A DNA stretch of 64,000 bases from Hyphomicrobiaceae bacterium (GCA_050246945.1 JBFWVC010000009.1:30644-94643); one strand, 5' to 3'. Positions 30,798 through 42,066 are shown, numbered from the stretch's first letter. The notes: a model not told the origin generated them from the letters alone. Translations and numbers: made by a program.

Positions 30798-30875
30798 CGT
30801 TTGATCCAGGTGCGTTGATCGTCGTGGAAATTGCCCGTCTCCCTCCGATCGAACGCACCTTGCAATGGATCCGAT

Positions 30876-32066
30876 CTACCGGTCGATCTCACCGAACACG
30901 ATGTCGAGCGAGCCGATGATCGCCGAGACGTCCGCTAGCATGTGCCCGCGGTTGATGAAGTCCATGGCGGACAGATGCGCAAAACCAGGCGCGCGGATCT
31001 TGCAGCGGTAGGGCTTGTTGGAGCCGTCGGAGACGAGGTAGACGCCGAACTCGCCCTTCGGCGCCTCTACCGCCGCATAGACCTCCCCGGCCGGCACATG
31101 GAACCCTTCGGTGTAGAGCTTGAAGTGATGGATGAGCGCTTCCATCGACCGCTTCATCTCACCGCGCTTTGGTGGCACGACCTTCTTGTTGTCCGCCGAC
31201 ACCGGACCCTGCCCCTCGGGCGAACGCAGCTTGTTGCAGCACTGCTTCATGATCTTCACCGATTCGCGCATCTCCTGCATGCGGATCAGGTACCTGTCAT
31301 AGCAGTCGCCGTTCTTACCGATCGGAATGTCAAAATCCATCTCCGAATAGCACTCGTAGGGCTGCGCCTTGCGAAGGTCCCACGCAGCACCCGAGCCGCG
31401 CACCATGACGCCCGAGAAGCCCCAGTCGAAGCCGTCGTCGAGCGTGACAACTCCGATGTCGACGTTGCGCTGCTTGAAGATGCGGTTGCCCGTGAGCAGT
31501 CCCTCCAGGTCGTCGAGCGTCTTCAGGAACGGGTCGCACCAGGCATAAATGTCGTCGATCAACTCCGGCGGCAGATCCTGATGCACGCCGCCGATACGGA
31601 AATACTTGGCGTGCATGCGCGCGCCCGATGCGCGCTCATAGAAGATCATGAGCCGCTCGCGCTCCTCGAAACCCCACAGCGGTGGGGTCAGGGCACCGAC
31701 GTCCATCGCCTGCGTCGTCACATTGAGAAGATGCGACAGGATACGGCCTATCTCGGAGAAGAGCACGCGGATGAGCTGCCCGCGATAAGGTGCCTCCAGG
31801 CCCAGGAGACGTTCGGCCGCGAGACAGAACGCATGCTCCTGGTTCATCGGCGCCACGTAGTCGAGCCTGTCGAAATAGCCGATCGCCTGTAGATAGGTCT
31901 TGTGCTCGATCAGCTTCTCGGTGCCGCGATGCAGGAGGCCCACGTGCGGATCGACGCGCGTGACCACCTCGCCGTCCAGCTCAAGCACGAGGCGCAAGAC
32001 GCCGTGCGCCGCCGGATGCTGCGGGCCGAAATTGATATTGAACTGGCGAATTTCTGCTTCTGCCAT
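30876..32066 (-). CDS. nuoD: NADH-quinone oxidoreductase subunit D
   Basis: 396 aa: [32 protein letters not shown]..ending DIVFGEIDR. Confidence 0.95.
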   Translation of the reverse strand: MAEAEIRQFNINFGPQHPAAHGVLRLVLELDGEVVTRVDPHVGLLHRGTEKLIEHKTYLQAIGYFDRLDYVAPMNQEHAFCLAAERLLGLEAPYRGQLIRVLFSEIGRILSHLLNVTTQAMDVGALTPPLWGFEERERLMIFYERASGARMHAKYFRIGGVHQDLPPELIDDIYAWCDPFLKTLDDLEGLLTGNRIFKQRNVDIGVVTLDDGFDWGFSGVMVRGSGAAWDLRKAQPYECYSEMDFDIPIGKNGDCYDRYLIRMQEMRESVKIMKQCCNKLRSPEGQGPVSADNKKVVPPKRGEMKRSMEALIHHFKLYTEGFHVPAGEVYAAVEAPKGEFGVYLVSDGSNKPYRCKIRAPGFAHLSAMDFINRGHMLADVSAIIGSLDIVFGEIDR

Positions 32067-32073
32067 GGCGTTC

Positions 32074-32508
32074 TCAGTCTTTCTTGGCCGCCGTCATCAT
32101 CGCAATGAACTCGGCTCCGGTCATCTTCGCAGTGTCGTTGGCGAATTCGTAGTAGCTGGGCTTCTCGTCGATATAGATCTGCGATGCGAAACGCAGCCCG
32201 CTCTTGTCGTCGAGCGCACCAGCCGAGACGATTGCGTGCTGCCCGTCTCGCGAGCGCCAGAACAACGGCGTTCCACACGACTTGCAGAAGAGCCGCTCGC
32301 CCCACTCGGACGACTGGTAGACGCCAAGGCTCGCATCGTCCGCGACCCGGAGAGAACTTGCGTCGATCTCAGCGGCGAGCAACGGGCCTGCGGCCCAGCG
32401 CTGGCACATCGTGCAGTGGCAGGCGCCCACGTCGGAGCCTGCGGTTCTGGCGGTGAAGGTTACCGCTCCGCAAAGACACCTGCCGGATACATCGCGCGGA
32501 CCTGACAT
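32074..32508 (-). CDS. GFA-family (glutathione-dependent formaldehyde-activating / CENP-V-like) zinc protein
   Basis: 144 aa with the Cys pattern [27 protein letters not shown]. It ends 7 nt upstream of the nuoD start. Confidence 0.8.
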   Translation of the reverse strand: MSGPRDVSGRCLCGAVTFTARTAGSDVGACHCTMCQRWAAGPLLAAEIDASSLRVADDASLGVYQSSEWGERLFCKSCGTPLFWRSRDGQHAIVSAGALDDKSGLRFASQIYIDEKPSYYEFANDTAKMTGAEFIAMMTAAKKD

Positions 32509-32526
32509 CGCTTGCCTCTAACCGCC

Positions 32527-32976
32527 TCAGATCTTTCGCCGCGTGATGGGACGTACACGCGCCGCTTTGGCCTTCTGGTTGACCTTGGCTTCAAACTTCT
32601 CCCACGGAACGACGACGCGCTCATGGTCGCCCTCGCCGATCAACTCGATGCCATCGTGCGCCTTCACCTTGAAAGTGACGCGCCGGCCATTGATACCGAT
32701 CACCTCCGCATCGACCGACACCACCTGGCCCGGGACCGTCGCCGCAACGTGACTTACGTTGATGTGTGTCCCGAGAGACCCCTCGCCTTCGTCCATGTGC
32801 GGCGCCAGAAGTTTCAGCGCCGTCCATTCCATGAGGCCGACCATGAAGCCGGTGGCGAAGACCGTCGGCATGATCGTGAACTCGATCGCCTCGGGGTAAA
32901 GATGCGGCACCGTCTTGGTTGCCGGCACCTTGTACTCGTAGTGGAACGTGTCGCCGACCTTGAGCGTGTCCTTCAT
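32527..32976 (-). CDS. Hotdog-fold thioesterase, FlK (fluoroacetyl-CoA thioesterase)-like
   Basis: 149 aa: VPHLYPEAIEFTIMPTVFATGFMVGLMEWTALK..GEGSLGTHINVSHVAATVPG. From memory this is closely collinear with Streptomyces cattleya FlK. It begins 4 nt after the nuoC stop. Confidence 0.75.
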   Translation of the reverse strand: MKDTLKVGDTFHYEYKVPATKTVPHLYPEAIEFTIMPTVFATGFMVGLMEWTALKLLAPHMDEGEGSLGTHINVSHVAATVPGQVVSVDAEVIGINGRRVTFKVKAHDGIELIGEGDHERVVVPWEKFEAKVNQKAKAARVRPITRRKI

Positions 32977-32980
32977 CGGC

Positions 32981-33604
32981 TCACGCTTTCCCCGAGCGCG
33001 GGCTGCCGCCGGCCTTCTCGTCGCCGGGCAGCGGATAGTTGACGCCTTCCCAAGGGCTCTCGAAGTCGAAATCGCGGAACTCCTGCGTGAGCTTTACAGG
33101 CTCGTAGACGACACGTTTCGAGACGTCGTCGTAGCGCACCTCGACATAGCCGGTGAGCGGGAAATCCTTGCGCAGCGGATGGCCCTGGAAGCCATAGTCT
33201 GTCAGCATCCGTCGCAGGTCCGGATGTCCCGAGAACAGTATGCCGTACATGTCGTAGGCCTCGCGTTCGAACCAGTCGGCCACCGAGAAAACGCCGACGG
33301 CACTCGGCACCGGATCGGTCTCGTTGGTTTCCACCTTGATGCGGATGCGCTGGTTGGTGCGCGGCGAGAGCAGGTGATAGACGACATCGAACCGGTTCTC
33401 GCGCCCCGGATAATCGACACCGCACAGGTCGATCAGCACCTCGAAGCGGCAACGCGCATCGTTCCGCAAAAGCTTCAGCACCGAAAGGATCTGACTGCGT
33501 GCAACCGTCATCGTCAATTCGCCGTACGCCACTTTCCTGGCTTGCAGCGCGCCAGCGATTTTACCGCCGACATAGTTGCCGAGCTCTTCGAGTGCTTCGT
33601 CCAT
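32981..33604 (-). CDS. nuoC: NADH-quinone oxidoreductase subunit C
   Basis: 207 aa with [42 protein letters not shown]. Confidence 0.95.
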   Translation of the reverse strand: MDEALEELGNYVGGKIAGALQARKVAYGELTMTVARSQILSVLKLLRNDARCRFEVLIDLCGVDYPGRENRFDVVYHLLSPRTNQRIRIKVETNETDPVPSAVGVFSVADWFEREAYDMYGILFSGHPDLRRMLTDYGFQGHPLRKDFPLTGYVEVRYDDVSKRVVYEPVKLTQEFRDFDFESPWEGVNYPLPGDEKAGGSPRSGKA

Positions 33605-33702
33605 GGTTCGTCCGTTTTGATGCTTGAGATCGCCGATGACAAACGACGATCAGGAGGAAATTCCGCAGCCGTCCGTCAGCCTCCCGCGCTACTCCCCTCG
33701 CC

Positions 33703-34296
33703 TCATCTCTCGATCGTACCGGTGCGGCGGATCTTCTTCTGCAGCAACAGAATGCCATAGACCAGCGCCTCCGCGGTCGGCGGACAGCCGGGCACATAGA
33801 CATCAACCGGTACGACGCGGTCACAGCCACGCACCACCGCATACGAGTAGTGGTAGTATCCGCCTCCGTTGGCGCAACTGCCCATCGAGATCACGTAGCG
33901 CGGCTCGGGCATCTGGTCGTAGACCTTGCGCAACGCCGGCGCCATCTTGTTGGTCAAGGTGCCAGCCACGATCATCACATCGGACTGGCGCGGGCTTGCG
34001 CGCGGAGCGAACCCGAACCGCTCGACGTCGTAGCGCGGCATCGACGCCTGCATCATCTCCACCGCGCAACACGCGAGCCCGAACGTCATCCACATGAGCG
34101 AGCCGGTGCGCGCCCAGTTGATAAGGTCGTCGGTGGTCGTAACGAGAAAGCCCTTGTCGGCGAGCTCGTTGTTGATCTCGGCGAAAAACTTCGGCTCCGG
34201 GGCGACAAGGCCGCCGCCCGCCCCCTCTCGCGGCGTGTCGAAGGCGAGGCCCCCGGCGAGTCCTTGACCGATATGCGGCGGAACGATCAATCCCAT
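33703..34296 (-). CDS. nuoB: NADH-quinone oxidoreductase subunit B
   Basis: I prefer ATG 34296 (MGLIVPP..). It has [10 protein letters not shown] and GCPPTAEAL. It overlaps the nuoA end by 10 nt. Confidence 0.93.
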   Translation of the reverse strand: MGLIVPPHIGQGLAGGLAFDTPREGAGGGLVAPEPKFFAEINNELADKGFLVTTTDDLINWARTGSLMWMTFGLACCAVEMMQASMPRYDVERFGFAPRASPRQSDVMIVAGTLTNKMAPALRKVYDQMPEPRYVISMGSCANGGGYYHYSYAVVRGCDRVVPVDVYVPGCPPTAEALVYGILLLQKKIRRTGTIER

Positions 34297-34652
34297 TCGA
34301 GCGCTCCCTTCTTCCATTCGTAGACGAAGCCGATGGTAAGCACGGCCAGGAAGATCATCATCGACCAGAATCCGAAGGCACCGATCTCCTTGAAGGCTAC
34401 CGCCCAGGGGAACAGGAACGCGATTTCCAGATCGAAGATGATGAAAAGAATCGCCACAAGGTAAAAGCGCACATCAAATTTCATGCGCGCGTCATCGAAT
34501 GCGTTGAAGCCGCATTCGTAGGCAGAGACCTTCTCCGGATCCGGGTTGCGCACCGCTACCAGGAACGGGGCCACCATCAGCGCCGCGCCGATGAAAAGCG
34601 CCACGCCAAGAAAGATGACGATCGGCAGATAGTTCAGGAACAGCTCGTTCAT
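34287..34652 (-). CDS. nuoA: NADH-quinone oxidoreductase subunit A
   Basis: 121 aa with [31 protein letters not shown]. Confidence 0.95.
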   Translation of the reverse strand: MNELFLNYLPIVIFLGVALFIGAALMVAPFLVAVRNPDPEKVSAYECGFNAFDDARMKFDVRFYLVAILFIIFDLEIAFLFPWAVAFKEIGAFGFWSMMIFLAVLTIGFVYEWKKGALEWD

Positions 34653-35037
34653 TGTGTCGTCCTAGGCCGGAATTGGTATCCGGAGCCAGAAAACCCGCAC
34701 GGCCGCCGACACCCGGCCATTCCGGGCGCAACGACGCTGACAACGAAACTCGGTCCCGTTTGTTATCCCACCGCGCACCGCGACGCAACCGCACCCCGCC
34801 CAAAGTGCGAGTACGAAAAGCTTCAATCTGCACGATCGTTCAGACGCCGGATGCGGGCGGCGCAGCGGCCCTCGAACACGGCAATCGAGCCATCTCCGAG
34901 CTGCGCGCCGGGAAAACGCGAGCCGTCAAAAATGGCTGCCTAAACTGGCGAAGGCCCGCTTGACTTCGGGCAAGCGAACACGTACACCCACCGCTCTGTG
35001 ACACGCGCCATGGCCATGGTCTGGCGCGAATGGAAAT

Positions 35038-35114
<77 letters not shown>

Positions 35115-35360
35115 ATCCGTTCAGCAATTTGCGGTGAGAACTTCTTCGGTCGTGGATCGAGCGCCGGTCCGTGCGTGCTCTTCCGCTCCCGACGGTATCG
35201 GGCGACGCCTTGCACCTAACCGTCTCACACGGCCGACAGCATCGCGAAAATCGTGATTGCCGTAGCCGCCGCTAGCGATACCGCCAGCCGCACCTGTTCG
35301 GCCGACCGCTTGTCTTCAATCCAGCGCATGCTTACCGCCTTGGGCAGGCGCGTGCGCCTC

Positions 35361-36065
35361 TCAACATAGGCTTGCCGATCGCGCAGTGACATCTACACCT
35401 CCTTCACCTTCGTACAAGGCCAGAACCGCGCTGAAGTCGAGCTTGGAGACCTCGAGCACGGCCTGCGTTCGAGACGTGACACTGAGCTTGCGCAGGATCT
35501 CGCTCACATGCGCTTTCACGGTCGTCTCACCGACCTCGAGCACGTAAGCGATCTGCTTGTTCAGCAGACCCTGGCACAGCATTTCCAGAACTCGCAGCTG
35601 TTGCCGGGTCAGCGACCTGAGCCGCTTGGTCAGCGCGCGAACCTCGTTGCCCGCCGACGCATCGAGCCCCAGAAGCTCCGAGGGCACGACAACATCCCCA
35701 TCCAAAGCGCAGGTCACCGCGGACACCAGGTCTTTGCCTGCCGCCGCCTTCGAGATGAAACCCGACGCGCCGCAAACCAATGCCTTTTCGACGACGCTGG
35801 CGTCCGCAAAAGCTGAGATGATCAAGACCGGAATCTTGGGGAAACAGCGGCGAAGTTCGATTAGGCCTTCAAACCCATGCGTATCAGGTAACCACAGATC
35901 GAGGAGTATGAGATCGAGATTGGGGCAGCCTTGAACGATTGGCTTCGCGTGCGAAATCGAGGCTGCGTGGAGAACCTCGACGTGCTCGATTGCTCGCTGC
36001 AAGACCAGTTGGGTAGCCTCCGCGAAAAGCGGATGATCCTCGACGATCAGAACCTGCGTGCTCAT
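35361..36065 (-). CDS. NarL/LuxR-family response regulator (REC + HTH)
   Basis: 234 aa with a receiver domain (LIVEDHPLF, LILLDLWLPDTHG, ISAF) and a C-terminal LuxR HTH (LTRQQLRVLEMLCQGLLNKQIAYVLEVGETTVKAHVSEILRKL). There is no adjacent kinase. Confidence 0.88.
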   Translation of the reverse strand: MSTQVLIVEDHPLFAEATQLVLQRAIEHVEVLHAASISHAKPIVQGCPNLDLILLDLWLPDTHGFEGLIELRRCFPKIPVLIISAFADASVVEKALVCGASGFISKAAAGKDLVSAVTCALDGDVVVPSELLGLDASAGNEVRALTKRLRSLTRQQLRVLEMLCQGLLNKQIAYVLEVGETTVKAHVSEILRKLSVTSRTQAVLEVSKLDFSAVLALYEGEGGVDVTARSASLC

Positions 36066-36346
36066 GCTCTGAACTCCACGGCTCGCTCGGTAGACGGCGC
36101 TTCAAACAGGCCGTCGCGATTATTCGCTTCCCCAAATCTACATACATTCCATTGTGCGGCGCAACAAAACTTTAGTGCAGAGCAGCAATCTCCGTCTTGA
36201 CCAGTGTCCGCCATTAAATTTGCCGGCGGAGCAAGCGGTTCGTCCGTCCGGTCTGCGCTTGGCGGTGCATGGGCTCCGGGTCGCCCTGATCCCACAAGCA
36301 GAGTCACCGGCGCCAAGCTTGTCCGACCTGTGTTGGGGAGGAGGAA

Positions 36347-36421
36347 TGGTGGGCGGTGAGAGGGTCGAACTCCCGACATCCTCGGTGTAAACGAGGCGCT
36401 CTACCACTGAGCTAACCGCCC
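36347..36421 (-). tRNA. tRNA-Val (anticodon TAC)
   Basis: The reverse complement is GGGCGGTTAGCTCAGTGGTAGAGCGCCTCGTTTACACCGAGGATGTCGGGAGTTCGACCCTCTCACCGCCCACCA, which folds as a cloverleaf. Confidence 0.9.
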
Positions 36422-36740
36422 AAGAGACTGATCGGCCAAATTGGAAGCAGTGGTGTTTCCAGCCAAGGCGTGATTCAGACTCGCATACAAATGCATGAGC
36501 AGCAGGTCGCAACAGTCACTACGATTTCCATAAGGACCCGACCTGCTCCAACGACGCTCTCTCATAGAACCGAATGCACATGGCTGCAAGGCGGCACGGC
36601 GCTTGTTCATCGTGCCCGCACATCAGTCCAACCGGCGCTGCATGCAGAAACCAGCTAGGCCACAAGCCGACGCGAGTACGGCGGACTTACCCGCTCCGAA
36701 CCCTGCTTTGCGATGCGCGTTGCATCCGACATCCGAATGC

Positions 36741-36765
36741 AAAAGGAGGGCTCACGCCCCCCTCC
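36741..36765 (-). terminator. Rho-independent terminator of hupB
   Basis: On the minus strand: GGAGGG-ggcgtgag-CCCTCC followed by TTTT, about 20 nt after the hupB stop. Confidence 0.6.
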
Positions 36766-36787
36766 CCAAATGCAGCCGGCTACGACC

Positions 36788-37063
36788 TCAGCCGTTGAGC
36801 ATTTCCTTCAGCCCCTTTGCCGCCGTGAACTTCGGCGCCTTCGAAGCCGGGATCTGCATCGTCTTGCCCGTCAGCGGATTGCGGCCCTCGCGTGCCTTGC
36901 GATCGGCCACCTTGAAGGTTCCGAAATCGGGAATGCGGACTTCCTTGCCATCCTTCAGTGCGGCCTTGACGGCATCGACCACCGCATCGACCACTTGGCC
37001 CGCCTTGTCCTTCGTCAGATCCAGTTCCTTGGCCACGGTGTCGATCAGATCTTTCTTGCTCAT
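36788..37063 (-). CDS. hupB: HU-family nucleoid-associated DNA-binding protein
   Basis: 91 aa: MSKKDLIDTVA..FGTFKVADRKAREGRNPLTGKTMQIPASKAPKFTAAKGLKE. Confidence 0.93.
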   Translation of the reverse strand: MSKKDLIDTVAKELDLTKDKAGQVVDAVVDAVKAALKDGKEVRIPDFGTFKVADRKAREGRNPLTGKTMQIPASKAPKFTAAKGLKEMLNG

Positions 37064-37403
37064 CTTTGTTTTTCCTCGCGTTTGTAATTTCGTCCAGCCG
37101 TCAAGCGCTGGATCACACTCGATCTGGGCGGTTGGTGTTAATGGAAGCGCTCCGTGCTCCCGTCAATGAAATGCTTTCGCTGCGCGACGAATTGCCAGGA
37201 TCTGTTCGCGACAGGATGCGCAACCGGCGGCGTCCTCCTGCCCCCTTCCTATCCATCAGCGGAAAAACCCGGAGAAGACCGTCGGCGACCGCGTTGAAGG
37301 CTGCACACAAGCGCCGAAAGACCGTGGTCGTCAAGCGGAATCTCGCGGTTTTTCGGGCTTTCATGCGCCCTGGCGGAGAAGACGGGCACGCCATTGAACT
37401 GAA

Positions 37404-37440
37404 ATGGCCAGCCTGCGGAATTACGCCGCAGGCTGGCCAT
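37404..37440 (-). terminator. Perfect 15-bp inverted repeat downstream of lon (terminator-like hairpin)
   Basis: ATGGCCAGCCTGCGG-aattacg-CCGCAGGCTGGCCAT, 44 nt after the lon stop. It has only a weak T-tract, so it could also be a processing or REP-like hairpin. Confidence 0.45.
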
Positions 37441-37483
37441 CAGATCGAGCTAAACGGTGTTTGGAAACCGTTCAAACGCTACT

Positions 37484-39916
37484 TCAGTGCGCTGTGACGC
37501 GCGACCCGCCCTTGTCCTGATCGTCGCTTTCGTTTGCCACGACCTGCGCTTGCGCCTCCTCGTCCCACTGGATCGGCTCGGGCACGCGAATGAGAGCGGT
37601 CTTGAGAACCTCATCGAGGCGAGATACCGGCACGATTTCGAGCTTGTTCTTCACCTCGTCGGGAATCTCAGCGAGATCCTTCACGTTTTCTTCCGGAATG
37701 CAGACCGTCTTTATGCCGCCGCGCAGAGCCGCGAGCAGCTTTTCCTTCAGTCCACCGATCGGAAGCACACGCCCCCGGAGCGTGATCTCGCCAGTCATTG
37801 CGACGTCCTTGCGCACCGGGATCTGCGACAGCACCGATATGATCGCAGTGACCATTGCGATGCCGGCCGACGGCCCATCCTTGGGCGTTGCACCCTCGGG
37901 CACGTGCACGTGGATGTCGTACTTCTCGAACATCGTCGGAGCGATGCCGAAATCGACCGACCGCGAGCGCACGTAGGCATTCGCCGCCTGTATCGACTCC
38001 TTCATGACGTCACGCAGGTTGCCCGTGACCGTCATCTTGCCCTTACCAGGCATTTTGATGCCTTCGATGGTAAGCAACTCGCCGCCGACTTCCGTCCAGG
38101 CAAGACCCGTCACGATGCCGACCTGATCCTCCTGCTCCGCCTCGCCAAACCGGTACTTCGGCACGCCGAGGTAGGATTGCAGATTCTCCACCGTCACCGT
38201 CACGCTCTTGTTCGAGGACGTAAGGATCTCCTTCACGGCCTTCCGGGCGAGCTTGGCGATCTCACGCTCGAGCGAACGCACACCGGCTTCACGCGTGTAA
38301 CGGCGGATCAGCTCCTGCAGAGCCGCCTCCTCGATGACGAACTCCTGATCATCGAGGCCGTGCGCCTGCTTCTGTTCGGGGATCAGATGCCGCTTGGCAA
38401 TCTCGATCTTCTCGTTCTCCGTGTAGCCCGCCAGACGAATGATCTCCATGCGATCCATCAGCGGCGCGGGGATGTTGAGCGTGTTGGCCGTCGTCACGAA
38501 CATCACGTTGCTGAGGTCGTAATCGACCTCGAGGTAATGGTCGTTGAACGTCGCATTCTGCTCCGGATCGAGCACTTCGAGCAGGGCCGAAGACGGGTCG
38601 CCACGGAAGTCGGAGCCCATCTTGTCGATCTCGTCCAGCAGGAACAGCGGGTTGACCCGCTTTGTTTTCTTCATGGACTGGATCACCTTGCCCGGCATCG
38701 ACCCGATATAGGTCCGCCGGTGACCACGGATTTCGGCCTCGTCACGCACGCCGCCCAGCGACATGCGCACGAACTCGCGGCCCGTGGCGTTCGCAATCGA
38801 CTTGCCGAGCGACGTCTTGCCGACACCCGGAGGGCCGACAAGGCACAGGATCGGCCCTTTCAGCTTGTTGGTGCGGTTCTGTACGGCCAGGTACTCGACG
38901 ATGCGTTCTTTGACCTTCTCCAGGCCATAGTGCTCCTTGTCGAGGATTTCCTGAGCTTCCGCCAGGTCCTTCTTGACCTTTCCCTTGACACCCCACGGGA
39001 TCGACAGCAGCCAGTCGAGATAGTTGCGCACCACCGTGGCCTCGGCCGACATTGGGCTCATCTGCTTGAGCTTCTTCAGTTCGGCAAGGGCCTTGTCGCG
39101 CGCCTCCTTCGACAGCTTGACCTGCTCGATCTTCTCCTCGAACTCGGCGATATCATCGCGCTCGTCGGTATCGCCGAGCTCCTTCTGGATCGCCTTCATC
39201 TGCTCGTTGAGATAATACTCGCGCTGCGTCTTCTCCATCTGGCGCTTAACGCGCGAGCGGATCTTTTTCTCCACCTGAAGAACGGAGATCTCGCTCTCCA
39301 TCAGCGTATAGACGCGTTCCAGACGCTCCGAGATCGTTGTCGTCTCAAGCACGTCCTGCTTGTCTGAAATCTTGATCGCCAGATGCGAGGCGATCGTGTC
39401 GGCAAGCTTCGAATAGTCGTCAATCTGCGCGATGGTGCCAAGCACCTCCGGTGAGATTTTCTTGTTGAGCTTGACGTAGTTCTCGAACTGAGAAACCGCC
39501 GACCGCGCCAACGCCTCAAGCTCGGTCTTCGACCCGAGTTTCTCCTCGACGCGCTCGATCGATGCCTCGAAGTAGTCAGCGTTATGGGTGTATTCCTTGA
39601 TGCGCGCACGCGAAGTGCCTTCGACCAGCACCTTGACGGTACCGTCTGGAAGTTTCAACAGCTGCAGCACGGATGCGAGCGTGCCCATCTCGTAGATTGC
39701 GTCGGCTGCCGGGTCGTCATCACCGGCATTCTTCTGGGCCGCAAGCAGAATGTGCTTGTCGGTGCGCATCACCTCTTCGAGCGCGTTGATGGATTTCTCG
39801 CGCCCGACGAAGAGGGGAACGATCATGTAGGGAAACACCACGATGTCGCGCAGCGGCAGCACCGGATAGAGTTCCGCGCCACCCGTCGTCTCGCGTGCCT
39901 GTTTCTCGTCGCTCAT
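37484..39916 (-). CDS. lon: ATP-dependent Lon protease
   Basis: 810 aa with a LON N-domain ([23 protein letters not shown]), Walker [10 protein letters not shown] and catalytic [11 protein letters not shown]. Confidence 0.96.
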   Translation of the reverse strand: MSDEKQARETTGGAELYPVLPLRDIVVFPYMIVPLFVGREKSINALEEVMRTDKHILLAAQKNAGDDDPAADAIYEMGTLASVLQLLKLPDGTVKVLVEGTSRARIKEYTHNADYFEASIERVEEKLGSKTELEALARSAVSQFENYVKLNKKISPEVLGTIAQIDDYSKLADTIASHLAIKISDKQDVLETTTISERLERVYTLMESEISVLQVEKKIRSRVKRQMEKTQREYYLNEQMKAIQKELGDTDERDDIAEFEEKIEQVKLSKEARDKALAELKKLKQMSPMSAEATVVRNYLDWLLSIPWGVKGKVKKDLAEAQEILDKEHYGLEKVKERIVEYLAVQNRTNKLKGPILCLVGPPGVGKTSLGKSIANATGREFVRMSLGGVRDEAEIRGHRRTYIGSMPGKVIQSMKKTKRVNPLFLLDEIDKMGSDFRGDPSSALLEVLDPEQNATFNDHYLEVDYDLSNVMFVTTANTLNIPAPLMDRMEIIRLAGYTENEKIEIAKRHLIPEQKQAHGLDDQEFVIEEAALQELIRRYTREAGVRSLEREIAKLARKAVKEILTSSNKSVTVTVENLQSYLGVPKYRFGEAEQEDQVGIVTGLAWTEVGGELLTIEGIKMPGKGKMTVTGNLRDVMKESIQAANAYVRSRSVDFGIAPTMFEKYDIHVHVPEGATPKDGPSAGIAMVTAIISVLSQIPVRKDVAMTGEITLRGRVLPIGGLKEKLLAALRGGIKTVCIPEENVKDLAEIPDEVKNKLEIVPVSRLDEVLKTALIRVPEPIQWDEEAQAQVVANESDDQDKGGSRVTAH

Positions 39917-40126
39917 CTCATGACCCTTGGCTCATGCCGCTGGAGGGGCCAGCCGGCGTTGGCATTCGACCAGCCCCTGTAACCTGTCGCCGGGCGCAGG
40001 TTGCGCAGGAGACATTGGCCAAGCGGCGGGACGTGGGAAATGCGCTACGACGCTACGGCAGCTCAGTCATGTGGGATCAAATCCCTCGCCTGTTCGACCG
40101 CAGCTTCGCTTCATCTCCCTTGGAAC

Positions 40127-40154
40127 AGATGGGGTACGCTCAACGCCGATCAAG
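40127..40154 (-). promoter_or_regulatory. Sigma32 (RpoH)-type heat-shock promoter candidate for lon
   Basis: On the minus strand: CTTGAT-N14-CCCCATCT, about 210 nt upstream of the lon ATG. It matches the CTTGAAA-N13-15-CCCCATNT consensus. Confidence 0.45.
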
Positions 40155-40265
40155 AGCCCACCTTGTAAATGTTGTACCGGCTTTGTCGGAGATCGCAAAG
40201 CCGATGCATCACGGGGCCGCACCCTGGCGCCTAGCGAGCCTTCCGGCTCGCGGTGCGCGCCACAA

Positions 40266-41522
40266 TCACGATGCGCTCGAGCTTCCCTTTTCTTCGGCAC
40301 GATCCGTATAAATCCGAAGCGGACGCGCGCCACCCTCGACGACTTCCGGCCCGATCACAACTTCCTCCACGCCCTTGAGCGCCGGCAGGTCGAACATCGT
40401 GTCAAGCAGAATGCCCTCCATGATGGAGCGCAACCCACGCGCGCCAGTCTTGCGCTCGATAGCCTTGCGCGCGATGGCCTTGAGTGCCTCCTGGGTGATC
40501 GTGAGCTTCACGTCCTCCATCTCGAACAGCCGCTGGTACTGCTTGACGAGCGCATTCTTCGGTTCGGAAAGGATTTGTACGAGAGCGTCCTCGTCGAGGT
40601 CCTCTAGTGTCGCGATCACCGGCAGTCGGCCGATGAACTCCGGGATGAGCCCGAATTTCAGAAGATCCTCAGGCTCCACCTCGCGCAGAACCGCACCGGT
40701 GCGACGCTCGTCGGGCCCACGCACTTTCGCAGCAAACCCGATCGACGTGCCCTTGCCGCGGCCCGAGATGATCTTCTCGAGCCCCGCGAACGCGCCGCCG
40801 CAGATGAATAGGATGTTGGTCGTATCGACCTGCAGGAATTCCTGTTGCGGATGCTTGCGCCCGCCCTGCGGAGGCACGGAGGCTATCGTACCTTCCATGA
40901 TCTTGAGCAGCGCCTGCTGGACGCCTTCACCCGATACGTCGCGTGTGATCGACGGGTTGTCGGATTTGCGCGAGATCTTATCGACCTCGTCGATGTAGAC
41001 GATGCCGCGCTGCGCCCGCTCCACGTTGTAGTCGGCGTTCTGGAGCAGCTTCAGTATGATGTTCTCCACGTCCTCGCCGACATAGCCAGCTTCGGTCAAC
41101 GTCGTCGCATCTGCCATCGTGAATGGCACATCGAGGATGCGCGCCAGCGTCTGTGCCAGCAGCGTCTTGCCGCAGCCGGTTGGCCCGACCAGCAGGATGT
41201 TGGATTTCGCAAGCTCGACGTCGTTGGACTTGGAGGCGTGGTTAAGCCGCTTGTAGTGGTTGTGGACCGCAACCGAGAGGACGCGCTTGGCGTGCTCCTG
41301 GCCGATCACGTAGTTGTCGAGAACCTGGCAGATCTCCTGTGGGGTCGGAACGCCATCGCGGGACTTGACCAGCGTGTTCTTGTTTTCTTCGCGAATGATG
41401 TCCATGCACAGCTCGACGCACTCGTCGCAGATGAACACGGTGGGCCCCGCGATCAGCTTGCGCACTTCGTGCTGGCTCTTGCCGCAGAATGAGCAGTACA
41501 AGGTGTTCTTTTCTTGGGGCAT
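40266..41522 (-). CDS. clpX: ATP-dependent Clp protease ATP-binding subunit ClpX
   Basis: It starts at [39 protein letters not shown] (zinc-binding domain) and has Walker A GPTGCGKT. The ORF-track entry 40266..41771 is over-extended upstream. Confidence 0.95.
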   Translation of the reverse strand: MPQEKNTLYCSFCGKSQHEVRKLIAGPTVFICDECVELCMDIIREENKNTLVKSRDGVPTPQEICQVLDNYVIGQEHAKRVLSVAVHNHYKRLNHASKSNDVELAKSNILLVGPTGCGKTLLAQTLARILDVPFTMADATTLTEAGYVGEDVENIILKLLQNADYNVERAQRGIVYIDEVDKISRKSDNPSITRDVSGEGVQQALLKIMEGTIASVPPQGGRKHPQQEFLQVDTTNILFICGGAFAGLEKIISGRGKGTSIGFAAKVRGPDERRTGAVLREVEPEDLLKFGLIPEFIGRLPVIATLEDLDEDALVQILSEPKNALVKQYQRLFEMEDVKLTITQEALKAIARKAIERKTGARGLRSIMEGILLDTMFDLPALKGVEEVVIGPEVVEGGARPLRIYTDRAEEKGSSSAS

Positions 41523-41853
41523 TTGTCTTCTCTCACCCAGGCCTTCTGTGTCCAACTGGCGTCCCGGTTCTGCATCTGGCTGGGCCGGCTGGATGCGTCT
41601 CCGGAGCGTCATAACGCCCGAAGCGGGCGATTTGCGACGTGGCCCGCCATGGGGCACAAGAATCCATCTAGTCCAATCTGAACACGCTAGTGTCCACCAG
41701 ATCAAGATTGGATTAACGCCTTCCTGTGGCCCGTCCGTGATTTTATCGCCAACGTGACCCGCCAGGGACAAACCCTGAAAAAGGCCAACTCGACCCGAGA
41801 CTTCGCATTCCCGGCCAGAACATTTCCGAAACTTTGGCAGGACCCAAACTCAA

Positions 41854-41882
41854 AGATGGGGCGTGCACGGGCGTGCGGCAAG
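41854..41882 (-). promoter_or_regulatory. Sigma32 (RpoH)-type promoter candidate in the clpP-clpX spacer
   Basis: On the minus strand: CTTG-N17-CCCCATCT. The -10 octamer is identical to the lon candidate. It lies about 330 nt upstream of the clpX ATG. Confidence 0.4.
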
Positions 41883-41918
41883 GACTACCGGGGCGGCGGC
41901 GCAGAGCCAAAAGAGCGC

Positions 41919-42066
41919 GGCTAGAGCCATTCACAGTACAGGTGGATTCAATTCTGTTTCCCAAGCGGCGTGCCGACCCGAATGGAGGACGGCGCCGAGC
42001 GCCGTGGCTCTACGGGCGAGCCATCCGACGAACCAAGTACCCGGCTGCACCACGGTCACCGCGGCT
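41919..42066. repeat. Structured intergenic repeat, copy B (homologous to 28123-28270)
   Basis: GGCTAGAGCCATTCA..CAGGTGGATTCAATTCTGTTTCCCAAGCGGCG..GGACGGCGC..TCCGACGAACCAAGTACCC. The long-range complement TAGAGCCA / TGGCTCTA encloses the core. Confidence 0.7.

Noticed and set aside
35225-35329. 34-aa hydrophobic ORF downstream of the response regulator
   Set aside because: It is very short with a weak RBS. It could be chance in GC-rich DNA.
36190-36320. Possible third copy of the intergenic repeat, upstream of the response regulator (shares CAAGCGG / GCGCTTGGCGG)
   Set aside because: Only short GC-rich words match. There is no extended collinearity with copies A and B.
37457-39367. 636-aa plus-strand ORF
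   Set aside because: It is exactly antisense to lon. The composition is Arg/Leu/His-rich and shows no motifs. This is the usual high-GC shadow frame.
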